A DNA stretch of 53,607 nucleotides, taken from Lophium mytilinum (Eukaryota). Under the pieces are notes generated by a model. The model was given only the letters and a program-made list of their open reading frames with translations. It did no database searches and had not been told where the DNA came from. Location: contig MU004190.1 in NCBI GenBank assembly GCA_010093605.1, positions 1,240,001 to 1,293,607 on the forward strand, in the 5' to 3' direction. This document shows positions 37,220 through 49,800 of the stretch, piece after piece. Every line of letters starts with the position of its first letter. Position 1 is the stretch's first letter. Position numbers and translations under genes: made by a program.

Positions 37220-40200
37220 AAAAATATAATGCAATTAAATTTGCAGCACCTTAGAAATATAACCTAAGGAGGGCCCCTAGGGGCTACTTAAGGCCCTATA
37301 AATGTTTGCATGCAGTATTAAAGCTCTATAAGCTGTGCTGGCGGCGTTATAGTAGAATTATATATTGCAACCCCTATTATGCAGTATTCTTAATAATAAT
37401 AACAATAATAATAATACTACTAATAACACTAATAATAACCCTAAAACTAAACCTACTAACTAAAGACTAAGTAGAATATCTACACTAATGTCTAAGTGCT
37501 TATTAAAGAAGCCTATAGTATATAGGACTCCCTATAGAATAAGCCTATATTCTCTAACCCTAAGATAAATAACGCCCTTAAGCACCTCTAGAACTTTACC
37601 GGGCGCGTACTAGCCAGCCTTTCAGGCACTACGGAGGACCTATAATAAACGCCATAGAGGAAGATAATAAAGATAATAAAGGAAATGTAGAAGGGCGTAT
37701 AGGCGCTGTCTGCATAAGAAACAACCTACGCAGTAGTAATAGCGGTAGAAAGAAATAGTAAGACTGCAGGAAATAGAAAGTATATAATATAGACTACCTA
37801 TAAAATTACTATATATATTAAGGATAAGAAGAAATGCGCCGTAATAAATAAGGACTTAAATGCAACTATTACCTATAAGCTCTAAGCGGTAGAAGAGCCT
37901 AATATAATAAAGATCTATAGCGTTAGAAAGCTCTAGAGCGGAGACGTAAAGGCCTATATACTAGATGCAACTGCTAAGAAAGCCCTATTAAAGAAGAAGA
38001 AATAGATAAAGGTTCTAGGCAAAACAGTATAAATCTAACTACCTAAGGTCCTCCTAGAGGTGCACGGAGTACCTAAAGAGATAGACCTAGAGGACCTAAT
38101 GCTATAAAGTAGTATTATATAAGATAATAAGGTACTATACCTAGGCCTAGCTATATATAAGATTACGTGGAAGCACCTAAATTAGATCTAGGCTATTAGA
38201 AATAACTCTAAACGGCGCGCCTTATTAGCTATAGTTACTATAGGCATGGAGGTAATAGTAAATAAGATTATAGATAGCGGGCTAGCATAGAATAGATATA
38301 TACTAGAGGCTGTAAAGTATAAGGTAGGCTTTATAGCTACCTAATACTTTTAATGCCAGGGCTATAGGCACGTCGCTAGATACTATAAGAAGGAGGCGGT
38401 ATACGCAGCGTGCGCAGGAGCTTATAATATAAGATAATGCATGGAGGAGAGCATTAGAAAGTATACTAACTGTAAGAGAAGCTATCTATTATATAGTGCG
38501 GTGTGTACTATAAGGAAGAATACTTAACTAAAAGCTAATATAAAGAGGTAGGCAGTACTAACCTACTATAGGGCTAATAATAGCTCTAATAATAATACTA
38601 ATAATACGCCGGGCATAGTAATATTCTAATCTATAATAGAATTATAAGCTTTTAACGCGGTAAGTAGAAAGAGAAAGGCTACTAAGAATAGTAACGCACT
38701 AGACGGCAGCACCCTAAGAAGAGTAGGACGCCCCCCTATATCCGCTATATTCGCCGCGTATAAGAATCTAAAATAACTAAAGATAAATAGAGTGCTATAG
38801 TCTGCCTATACTACGCAGACTATCTAATTAATGCATACTTCCTATTTAACGCAGCAGCCTAACTATAATAACCTATAGCCTTGCTATAATAGCCCGCAGC
38901 CTTTCTATAGAACCCCGCAGCCTATCTATAAAATGCTATACTACTCTTAGATAATAACCTACAGTAATAACGCCGGACTATTACAATTTAACGTAACTTA
39001 GGTGCCGTCTACCTAGAAAGAAGAGGTAGCAAGCTATTAGCTCTATACTAAGGCTAGCCGGGCTATAATAAATAACTCTAAAGACTCTATAGATACCTAA
39101 TATTAGGGCAACCTAATATACTTACTATTATATAGTATAATATTAATAAGAGCTAAGAGACCTAAAGGGAGTTTCTTAAGAAGGTAGAGGCGGCCTAGCT
39201 CTAGCTATTAGTGCTAGCTATATAAGAACTATAGAAGAATACCTAGGAATACACCTTACTATGCATGAAATTATACTACCTACTGTATAGAGGAAGCCTA
39301 AAAGCTAGAATATATATATATATTAATAAGTGCCTAAACCTAGGCTAATAGACTATAGAGCACTACTTACTAGACCTTATTACTCTCTCTTTCTAGGCTG
39401 GAGGAGAGGATATTTAAATTTATAATATCTATAACCTAAAGCTATATAGAATTATAGCTATGCTGCCCTCTATACTATATAAGAAGGTAGAGTATATACT
39501 TATAGGCGATATAAACCTATACTACCTATTCTAGAAAGGAATATAGATAATTAGTGTAGAAGAGTAAGCTAAGGAGCTTATTTACATTATAACGGAAGTA
39601 GGCCTAACCCTAGCTATAGAGAAGGGCATAGAAATATAGGCGAGAGAAATATAGTAGACTATAATTAACCTTATATTTATATCTAAATAGCTAATAGAAT
39701 ATATAACGTCCTGCATAGTTTAAAAGGAGTAGAACTATTACTTAGACTACTACTCTATATATATAGAATTTAATATTATACTACTACTAGTAACTAAATA
39801 GCCTCTACGCCGGCTATAGAAGAATATTATATAGAAGGATATATAGAAGCACCTTGCAGCCTAGCTAGTTAAGCTAGAAAACTAGAATAACCCCCTAGAT
39901 AATAAAGAAGAAGAAGACTTAGATAACTTTATATGCATTCTCTACTAACTTATTAAAATTACTATTAACGCTATAGTACTAATAGCACAGCCCTTATAGC
40001 ACGCATTACTATTCTAGACTAAGAAGTGCTTAGAGGAGGTATATAAGACTAGGCGGGTGTATAGAATATAGCGCTTATTATACTTTATAGAGGACTAGAT
40101 ATTATACTAGGTCTAGTATAACTGTAAGAAAAGAGCTATATAGAAAGAGAGCACTAAGGCATAGCGCTATATAGTAGAGAAGGTAATAAATAACTCTAAA

Positions 40201-43200
40201 GAGGTATAGAAACTAGCTAAATAGGGCCGCACAGTTAGAAAGGAATTAAGGCCCCCTTCTTAATTTCCCCCCCTTTTCCGGCTAGGTAACTCTACCCTGC
40301 ATGCAGATAATAAGATAAAAGCATGTATACTTGCTAAATAGTTCTTTCCACTACTAGTAGAAGCTAACCTATTTAACCTAGAAGGGTTCTAATACCCGGA
40401 ACTATATACTACCTCTATAGAAGTTACTATAGAAGATATACTCTTAGCACTAATAGAAATTGCGCTAGATAAGGCCTCTAGAATTACAGGAATTATAAAT
40501 AGATTCCTAAAGAAGTGCGAGATATAACTAGTACTAGTGCTTGCCCGCTTCTTTATAAAGTGCCTATATAGAGGATACTACCCCCGCCTATTTAAAGAAT
40601 TAATTATAGTAGTTCTATATAAACCCTAGAAAGCGTTTTATATAATAGCGAAAGCCTATAGGCCTATTACGCTGCTAGAAATAATAGGCAAGCTATTTAA
40701 ATATATTATGGCTAAGAGGCTCTCTAAGATAGTAGAGGAAAAGGGCATACTACTGCCTAGCTAAATAGGGGCACGGCCGGAACGCTCTATATAGATAGCA
40801 CTTAAACTTCTTATAGAATAAATCTATACTATATAGAAAGAAAACCTACAGCTTATAGTATTACTTCTTAGCCTAGATATATTAGAAGCGTTTAATTAAG
40901 TCTTATATAAATAAATAATATATAACTTACAGGTCTAGAGTATACTAGAGTAGATAATAAGGTTTACTAGGTTCTTTTTATAAGACCGCATAACTAGGCT
41001 CTCTATAGAAAGCTATATAGTAGAACTAATTATAGTTACTATAGGTATTCTATAGGGCTCCTTTCTATTACCTATTCTCTTTCTCTTCTTTACTAGTATA
41101 CTACTACTAACTCTTTAAAATAGTAATATAACGGCCTATAGGTTTATAGATAATATAAATATCCTTATATATAGTAGAACTATAGAGGCAAACTATAGAG
41201 CTATTAAGAGAGCCTATAATAGATGCATAGAATAGGTAAAAAAGTATAGTATAGTATTTGCACTAGATAAATATTACCTAATATACTTTATAAGAGCCTA
41301 TAAAGAAGTTAACCTAAGAGCTATAGTTAATATATAAGGCTTTATAGAGGGCCCTATAATAGACTTAAGAGTACTAGAAGTGCAGGTAGATTTAAAGCTT
41401 AAATAGGGCCCGCATATTAGTATTATAAAGAATAAAGCTATAACCTAGATAGGGGCACTTATATAGCTTATAGTATCTACCTAGGGCGCTAGCTTTAGAA
41501 AAGCACGCCTAATATACTTAGTAGTGGTCCGGCCTGCTATTATATATAGATGCACTACCTAGTATACTATACTAGGTATGCTAGAGTAGCTTAGTAAGAT
41601 AAAGATTAAGTAGCTTAAAATAACCTAGAACTAATGCCTCTAGAGGATCTTAGGGGCCTATAAGACTATAAGTACTATAGTACTAGAATATAAAATATTA
41701 TGCCTACTACTCTAGCTAAAACTAAAAAAACTTATAGTGGCTTACGTAGACTATACGCGTAAAGGGCTAGCACGCTAGTATATTAAAATAGCATGCAGTA
41801 ATATATAACAGGAAATCTACACCTACTATAGGCTACTTATAAGGCTAAAGTACGGCCCTAGCTACTATAATATACTCCGCAACCTTATAGTAAAGGCTAT
41901 AAGGTTATATACTAGGTATAAAGATAAATTAGATAAAGCCTATAAGCGCTTAAGGCGATTTATAATTAAATGTAAATATAAAGAAAGGTAGAAGAAGGTA
42001 TAGAAGTCCTTTTATAAAATGGAACAGCGCGGGCTACTAACGCCGGCCCTTAATACTAAATAGAGTAAATAATAGGAGACTATATATAAAGGGCTTATAA
42101 AGGTTAAAAGTACTATTCTTATAAACCTATAAATAGAGTATATAGGGCTTAATAGATACCTATACTATATATAGGTGCTAGGCTACCTAATACTAGCCTA
42201 CCCCTACGGGTACGGCCTCTAATCGCTACGCTATATAGTAATAAACTGCAAGAGGCATATAGAGGGCAGAGGCGAACTATTTAAGGAAGTAAAGACTTAG
42301 ATATATAAAGAAATATATAAAAGTAAAAAGGGACCTAAGGTAGTAGCTAGGTAGTTTCTATAGAAAATAGACCTGCTACCCTACCTCTTAATAGCGAGAG
42401 AGATAGAAAGGGAGTAGACCTAGCCCTCCCGCTTAATACTATAGCCCTGCTATTACCTATAGCCTTACTATAACTAATAGCCTTGCTATAACTAATAGCC
42501 TTGCTATTACTAATAGCCTTACTATTACCTATAGCCTTACTATTACTTATAGCCTTACTATTACCTACAGCTTTACTATTACCTATAGTCTTACTATTAC
42601 CTATAGCCTTACTATTACCTCTAACTATACTACAGCGGGCCTTAGCGCCCCCTTTTAACTAGTACTTAGTATAGATAGTTAGCTTTAGGTCTCTACTATA
42701 TACCCTATAATATATACTTTCTATATACTTTCTATTTCTTATAGCTCTTCTATTTCTAAATAGCCTACCTACTTTATAATAGTATATATACGCGGCTTCC
42801 TCCCTCCCGCTATTAGTTAGTTATACTATAAGAGCTTATACTTGCTATAAGTAGCTATATACTTTCTAATTATAGACTATAAACTATATACTCTATACTT
42901 TTAGCCCTTTTATAGCTATTAGCTATACTATAGAGGCTTATATATGCTACTATAGCTATAAACTCTATATAGCTGCTTGCAGCCCTTCTACTTTTATAGC
43001 CTGCCTATAAACTATATACTTTCTATATACCTCTACTATATACTACCTATATACTATATAGTCTTTCTATCTCTAATAGCCTATATAGCCACTATTTATT
43101 TTACCTTATTACCTTAGATAAAGGCCCCGCAAGCGCACTACTTGCACGCGGGCCCTTATGCTAATTCTATACTAGCCTTACATCTGGATTCTACTTAGCC

Positions 43201-43484
43201 TAAACCTAGAAGGATAATAATAAACCTTTCTAGATAGATATAGGAAGATATATCTTAATAGCTTATTCTATAGTAGTTCTTATAGACCTACTATATGTCC
43301 CCTATAGTAAAATATAAAGAAGAAGGGCGCCTAACGCTAGATATAATAGAGGACAAGGTTTTTACCTAAACGCTACCCGGTAGCAAACAGTTTCCTCTTA
43401 TAAATTAGCCTAGATAGAACAGCTATATAGACCCTAACGGGAGCTATACTAGCGTAATAGAATTTAATAATAATAATAATAATA
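37220..43484 (+). mobile_element. Full-length Tad1-like LINE, copy 1 (RIP-inactivated)
   Basis: 14-bp TSD ATATTAATTAGCCT at 37206-37219 and 43485-43498; (TAA)n tail. De-RIPed motifs: ORF1 CCHC knuckles (~38342-38510), endonuclease GD.NLHHP.W (~39505), RT KAYRPIALLE (~40650) and FVDD (~41143), C-terminal CPCG finger (~42200). Confidence 0.92.
42439..42618 (+). repeat. 18-bp minisatellite, 10 units (CTATAGCCTTACTATTAC), in LINE copy 1
   Basis: Units counted directly. Confidence 0.9.
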
Positions 43485-46230
43485 ATATTAATTAGCCTTA
43501 GAGGTTAATAAAGCTAAATAATACTTAATTATCTCTTAATAGTAGGGAAAAATTAAGAATATCTTTTCTTGCGGCCTTATTTCTATCTACGCTATTACTT
43601 ACTAGTACTATAGCCCCTCTTTACTATACTACTTCTTAGTATTTACTAGCTTAGTTGCGGAAGAGAGGCATTAGTAAGTACTTTTACCCTTACGCGCTTT
43701 ACTAAAATCTTTACTGCGTCTTTAACTCTTAGGGCAGCTTTAATCTCTTTAGTATAACTACTAAGCTAGTACTATCTTATTACCTCTTACGCCTTTATCT
43801 TTTAGTCTTTTATATAAAGTATATTATATTAATCCTAGTTAATATAGTTATTAATAAAAAAATAGGTAGAGTCTAGGCTAGAGGTAGCTAGTATAATATA
43901 TATACTTTAAAGGACTTATAGTAGTAGATAGAATTAATATACTTCTAGCTTTTATTAGTAGCGGCTATTATTAGAAGCCTAAGAAGCTACCTCTACTAGG
44001 CTATAGATATAATATAGCTTTCTATTATTAATTAGCGCTAGAAGGTAAATAAAAACTCTAGAGTATACTACCTATAGAGTATCTTTACCTTTTAGAATAG
44101 AGTCTATAATAGTTACTATAAATTATAGCTACCCTACTAACCTTCTATTAGTAATACTAACGCATGTCTTTCTATTTTTAGTATAGTCTAAGCTATACTC
44201 TTATACCTATAGATAGTTATATTACTATTCTTAGTTCTACTACTTAGAGTTGCACTATAGATTTTCTTTTATAAGGCTTTCTAGGTCCTTACTAGTACCT
44301 AATTACTTCTAATATAAAATACTAGCGTAGAACTTAAGCTAGAGGTAGCTAATTTAGAATAGATTAGGGTTTAATATATCTAGGCTACTAGGCTTAGTAT
44401 ATTAGCCTTAGATCTTACGCCTCTCTTTTTAAATAAATATAGTAGCGGCGGCTATAAAGTTTAGCTTCTAGCTTATATTAGCTATATACTTAATACTTAC
44501 TTTTAAATAGTATACTATTTAGCCTTTATAGAAATTATTATATCTAGGCTATTTAAAGTTTAAGATATTAATACTTCTTAATACTATTATCTATTATATT
44601 AGCATATCTCTTATTACTACTAGTTAAGAATAGTAATATTAGTAGTTTAGTATATTATTTATAGCCTAGTTATTTATAAGTCTCTAGTTTAATTAGTAGA
44701 TCTAGAGTAGAAAGTCCTTATAGTTTATTAACTAATACTATAATTTAACTAGGTATTAGTATTTTACTTTACTATTTAAGCTAGTATTATAGCTATTAAT
44801 GGCGCTAAATTTCTATATAAAATTAACGTAGTACTGCATAATATAGAATTTTAGGTAGTAAAAGGTATAGTTTCTATTCTTATCCCTAGGTCTAAATATT
44901 CTAAATTCTAACTTATATATATTAATTTAAGCTATTACTAGCTCTATATACTTTAGTATAGCCTTATTATATATTTTATACTATACTAGAATAGTAAAAT
45001 TAAGTATTATATAGATAAACTAGAGCGCATTTAGCGCCTTTACTTCTAGTAGCGGTGCTACTACTACTATAAGCTAGCGGGCTATAGACTTTTATTTAGA
45101 GCTAGTATACTATAAGAGTTTACTAAAATTCTTCTTATTAAATATAGATAGACCTAGGAAAGGCGGTATATTCTTAAATTACTTATCTAGCTAAGTTAAG
45201 CCGCTCTTATTTTCTATTAGGATACGGGCATCTTTTCTTTTAATTACTAGGGTGTAGACCTCTACTACTAGTAGCTAGACCTATTTAATAAGGTTGTAAA
45301 TAACGCCCGTAAATAGTTAGTATAGAATATCTATTATTATTATCTAGTAGATATTAGTATAGGGGTGTTTCTAGGTAAAGTTATTTATAGAATATATATA
45401 TAACTCTATATTAAGCTCTATAGCCTCTATATTATATAGCGCTTTATTTAGTAGAAGTTTTAAATACTTTTTATTATTATATTACTATTTAATCTAAATA
45501 ATAGTTAAGTAGTAAGACCTTATAGCGTATTTAGTCTCTAGGTCTTTACATTAATATAATAGTACCTAGTATATAGTATAGTATTTTCTAAATTTAATAC
45601 CTATAAGTAGGCTCTATTTTTTATAATTAGCTATAATTCTATATAATACTAGATAGTACCTTTAATTCTTACTATTTCTATATTCTAGTATAATTCTATT
45701 AGTAGTATATTCTATAATAGCTTATTTTATATTAGAAAACCGCTTAGTATTAGTAAGAATTTTACTAATACCTAAGAATATAGCCTAAAGAGCTATAGTA
45801 TAGCTAATACTTTAGGTAGTCTTCTTTATCTACTATACTTAGTATAAAGCCTAGTAGTAGAGTACTAGGTAATATATTTAAGTGCTGCGTAGTTCTATCT
45901 AGGTTACTAATAGTTAGATAGACTAGCTATGCGCTCTTATTACTATAATATTAAGTAAGCTATATCTTATCTATAGAGAGTAAAATAGGTATTACTATAG
46001 CCCCCGCTAGAAGCTTTAACTAAGTCTACTACTACTAGTCTAATATATATAACTTAGTATATACCTACTAGCCTTCTATATTATAAACTTAAACTAGTAT
46101 AAATATAAGATAATTATAGAAAGAGTAGTATCTAATTAGAAATAATATAGCTACTATTATATTAAAGTAGTATACTAGATACTACTCTCTACTTAAGCTT
46201 TATTTTTTACTTAGGAAATATAGCATCTCT

Positions 46231-46240
46231 NNNNNNNNNN
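46231..46240. other. 10-N scaffold gap flanked by a duplicated ~77-bp overlap
   Basis: 46154-46230 is identical to 46241-46317. Confidence 0.95.
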
Positions 46241-46856
46241 CTATTATATTAAAGTAGTATACTAGATACTACTCTCTACTTAAGCTTTATTTTTTACTTA
46301 GGAAATATAGCATCTCTACTATATAGTTAGTATTACTAATACTATATTTAATTTCCTCTAGTTTACTATTCTATAAATTGCCTAATATAAATATAAAGAA
46401 GTTAAAGAATATACTCTTAAGGTAGATATTATTAAATAGTAGATTAATATTATTCTTAGTATAGCTAATCTACTAAAGCTATAATATAAAAGTATAGTTA
46501 AATACTAATTAGAATAGATAGAAGAGGGATTAGTCTCTATAATAAAGTAATTAGTTAGTAAGCTCTAATACCGCCTTTATAGGCGGGGGGGATAGCGGTT
46601 TCTAATAATACTTACATCTACTATCTAGTATTAGCCTATCTAATAGACGCCCCTGCGGGTATACCTAATTTAGTAGAGGAATATACTTTCTCTTATAGTA
46701 ATAATATAGATAATATTATTAGTTAGCCTTATTAGTGCAGAATATAGAATTTAGTAGCCTCTAGTAGGTTATTATATATTAAGCTTATAGGGCCTCTATT
46801 TATAAAAGGCGGACTCTAGTACTCTTTTAGTTTACTAGAGATATATAGCTCTATTT

Positions 46857-49800
46857 AAAAATATAATATAATTAAATTTATAGCACCTTAGAAATACAAC
46901 CTAAGGAGGGCCCCTAGGGGCTACTTAAGGCCCTATAAATGTTTACATGCAGTATTAGAGCTCTATAAGCCGTGCTGGCGGCGTTATAGTAGAATTACGC
47001 ATCGCAACCCCTATTATGCAGCATTCTTAATAATAATAATAATAATAACAATACTACTAATAACACTAATAATAACCCTAAAACTAAACCTACTAACTAA
47101 AGACTAAGTAGAATATCTACGCTAATATCTAAGCGCTTATTAAAGAAGCCTATAGTATATAGAACTCCCTATAGAATAAGCCTATATCCTCTAACCCTAA
47201 GATAAACAACGCCCTTAAGTACCTCTAGAACTTCGCCGGGCGCATACTAGCTAGCCTCTCGGGCACTGCGGAGGACCTATAATAAACGCCATAGAGGAAA
47301 ATAATAAAGATAATAGAGAAAATATAGAAGGGCGTATAGGCGCTATCTATATAAGGAACAACCTATATAGCGGTAATGGCGGTAGAAAGAAATAGTAAGA
47401 CTGCAGGAAATAGGGAGTATATAATATAGACTACCTATAAAATTACTATATATATTAAGGATAAGGAGAAACACGCTGCAATAAATAAGAACTTAAACGC
47501 AACTATTATCTATAAGCTCTAAGTAGTAGGAGAGCCTAATATAATAAAGATCTATAGCATTAGAAAGCTCTAGAGCGGAGACGTAAAGGCTTATATACTA
47601 GATATAACTACTAAGAAAGCCCTATTAAAGAAGAAGGAATAGATAAAGGTTCTAGGTAAAATAGTATAAATCTAACTACCTAAGGTCCTTCTAGAGGTGC
47701 ACGGAGTACCTAAAGAGATAGACCTAGAGAACCTAATACTATAAAGCAGCATTATATAAGATAATAAGGCACTATACCTAGGCCTAGCTATATATAAGAT
47801 TATATAGAAGCACCTAAATTAGATTTAGGCTATTAGAAATAACCCTAAATAGCGCGCCTTATTAGCTATAGTTACTATAGGCACGGAGGTAATAGTAAAT
47901 AAGATTATAGATAGCGGGCTGGCATAGAATAGATATATACTAGAGGCTATAAAGTATAAGGCAGGCTTTATAGCTACCTAATGCTTTTAATGCTAGGGCT
48001 ATAGGCATGTTACTAGATACTATAAGAAGGAGGCAGTATACGCGGCGTGCGCAGGAGCTTATAATATAAGATAATGCACGGAGAAGAGTATTAGAAAGTG
48101 CGCTAACTATAAGAGAAGCTACTTATTATATAGTGCAGCGTGCACTATAAGAAAGAATACTTAACTAAAAGCTAATATAAAGAGGTAGGCAGCACTAATC
48201 TACTATAGGGCTAATAACAGCCCTAATAATAACACTAATAACACGCCGGGTATAGTAATATTCTAATCTATAATAGAATTATAAGCTCTTAATATAGTAA
48301 GTAGAAAGAGAAAGGCTACTAAGAATAGTAATATACTAGATAGTAGCACCCTAAGAAGAGTAGAACGCCCCTCTATATCTACTATATTTACTGCGCATAA
48401 GGACCTAAAATAACTAAAGATAAATAGAGTACTATAGTCTACCTATGCTACGCAGACTATCTAATTAATATATACTTTCTATTTAACGCAGCAGCCTAAC
48501 TATAATAACCTATAGCCTTACTATAATAGCCCGCAGCCTTTCTATAGAACTCTGCAGCCTACCTATAAAACGCTATACTACTCTTAAATAATAACCTATA
48601 GCGATAATGCTGGACTATTATAATTTAATATAACTTAGGTGCTATCTACCTAGAAAGAAGAGGCAGTAAGCTATTAGCTCTATGCTAAGGCTAGCTAGGC
48701 CGCAATAAATAACTCTAAAGACTCTATAGATACCTAATATTAGGGTAACCTAATATACTTACTATTATATAGTATAATGTTAATAAGAGCTAAGAGACCT
48801 AAAGGGAGTTCCTTAAGAAGGTAAAGGTGGCCTAGCCCTAGCTATTAGTACTAGCTATATAAAAACTATAGAAGAATACCTAGAAATATACCTTATTGCG
48901 CATAAAATTATACTACCTACTGCATAGAGAAAGCCTAAAAGCTAGGATATATATATATATTAATAAGTGCCTAAACCTAGGCTAATAGACTATAGAGTAC
49001 TACTTACTAGACCTTATTACTCTCTCTCTCTAGGCCGGGGGAGAGGATATTTAAATTTATAACATCTATAACCTAAAGCTATATAGAATTATAGCTACGC
49101 TGCCCTCTATACTATATAAGAAGGTAGAGTATATACTTATAGGTAATATAAATCTATACTACCTATTCTAGAGAGAAATATAGGTAATTAGTATAGAAGA
49201 GTAAGCTAAGAAGCTTATTTGCATTATAATAGAAGTAGGCCTAACTCTAGCTATAGAGGAGGGTATAGAAATATAGGTAAGAGAAACATAGTAGACTATA
49301 ATTAACCTTACATTTATATCTAAATAGCTAATAGAACGTATAACGTTCTATATAGTTTAAGAGAAGTAGAACTATTACTTAGACTACTGCCCTATATACA
49401 TGGAATTTAATATTACACTACTACTAGTAACTAAATAGCCTCTACGCCGGCTATAGAAGAATATTATATAAAAGAATATATAGAAGCACCTTACAGCCTA
49501 GCTAGTTAAGCTAGAAAACTAGAATAACCCCCTAGATAATAAAGAAGAAGAAGACCTAGATAACTTTATACGCATTCTCTACTAACTTATTAAAATTACT
49601 ATTAATACTATAGTACTAATAGCACGGCCCTTATAGCACGTATTACTATCCTAGACTAAGAAGTACTTAGAGAAGGTGTATAAAACTAGGCGGGCGTATA
49701 GAATATAGCGCTTATTACGCTCTATAGAGGACTAGATATTATACTAGGTCTAGTATAACCGCAAGAAAAGAGCTATATAGAAAGAGAGTACTAAGGTATA

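Noticed and set aside
46154..46317. Exact ~77-bp direct repeat around the 10-N gap
   Set aside because: Perfect identity in otherwise RIP-diverged DNA, centred on a gap, indicates an unmerged contig overlap (assembly artefact).
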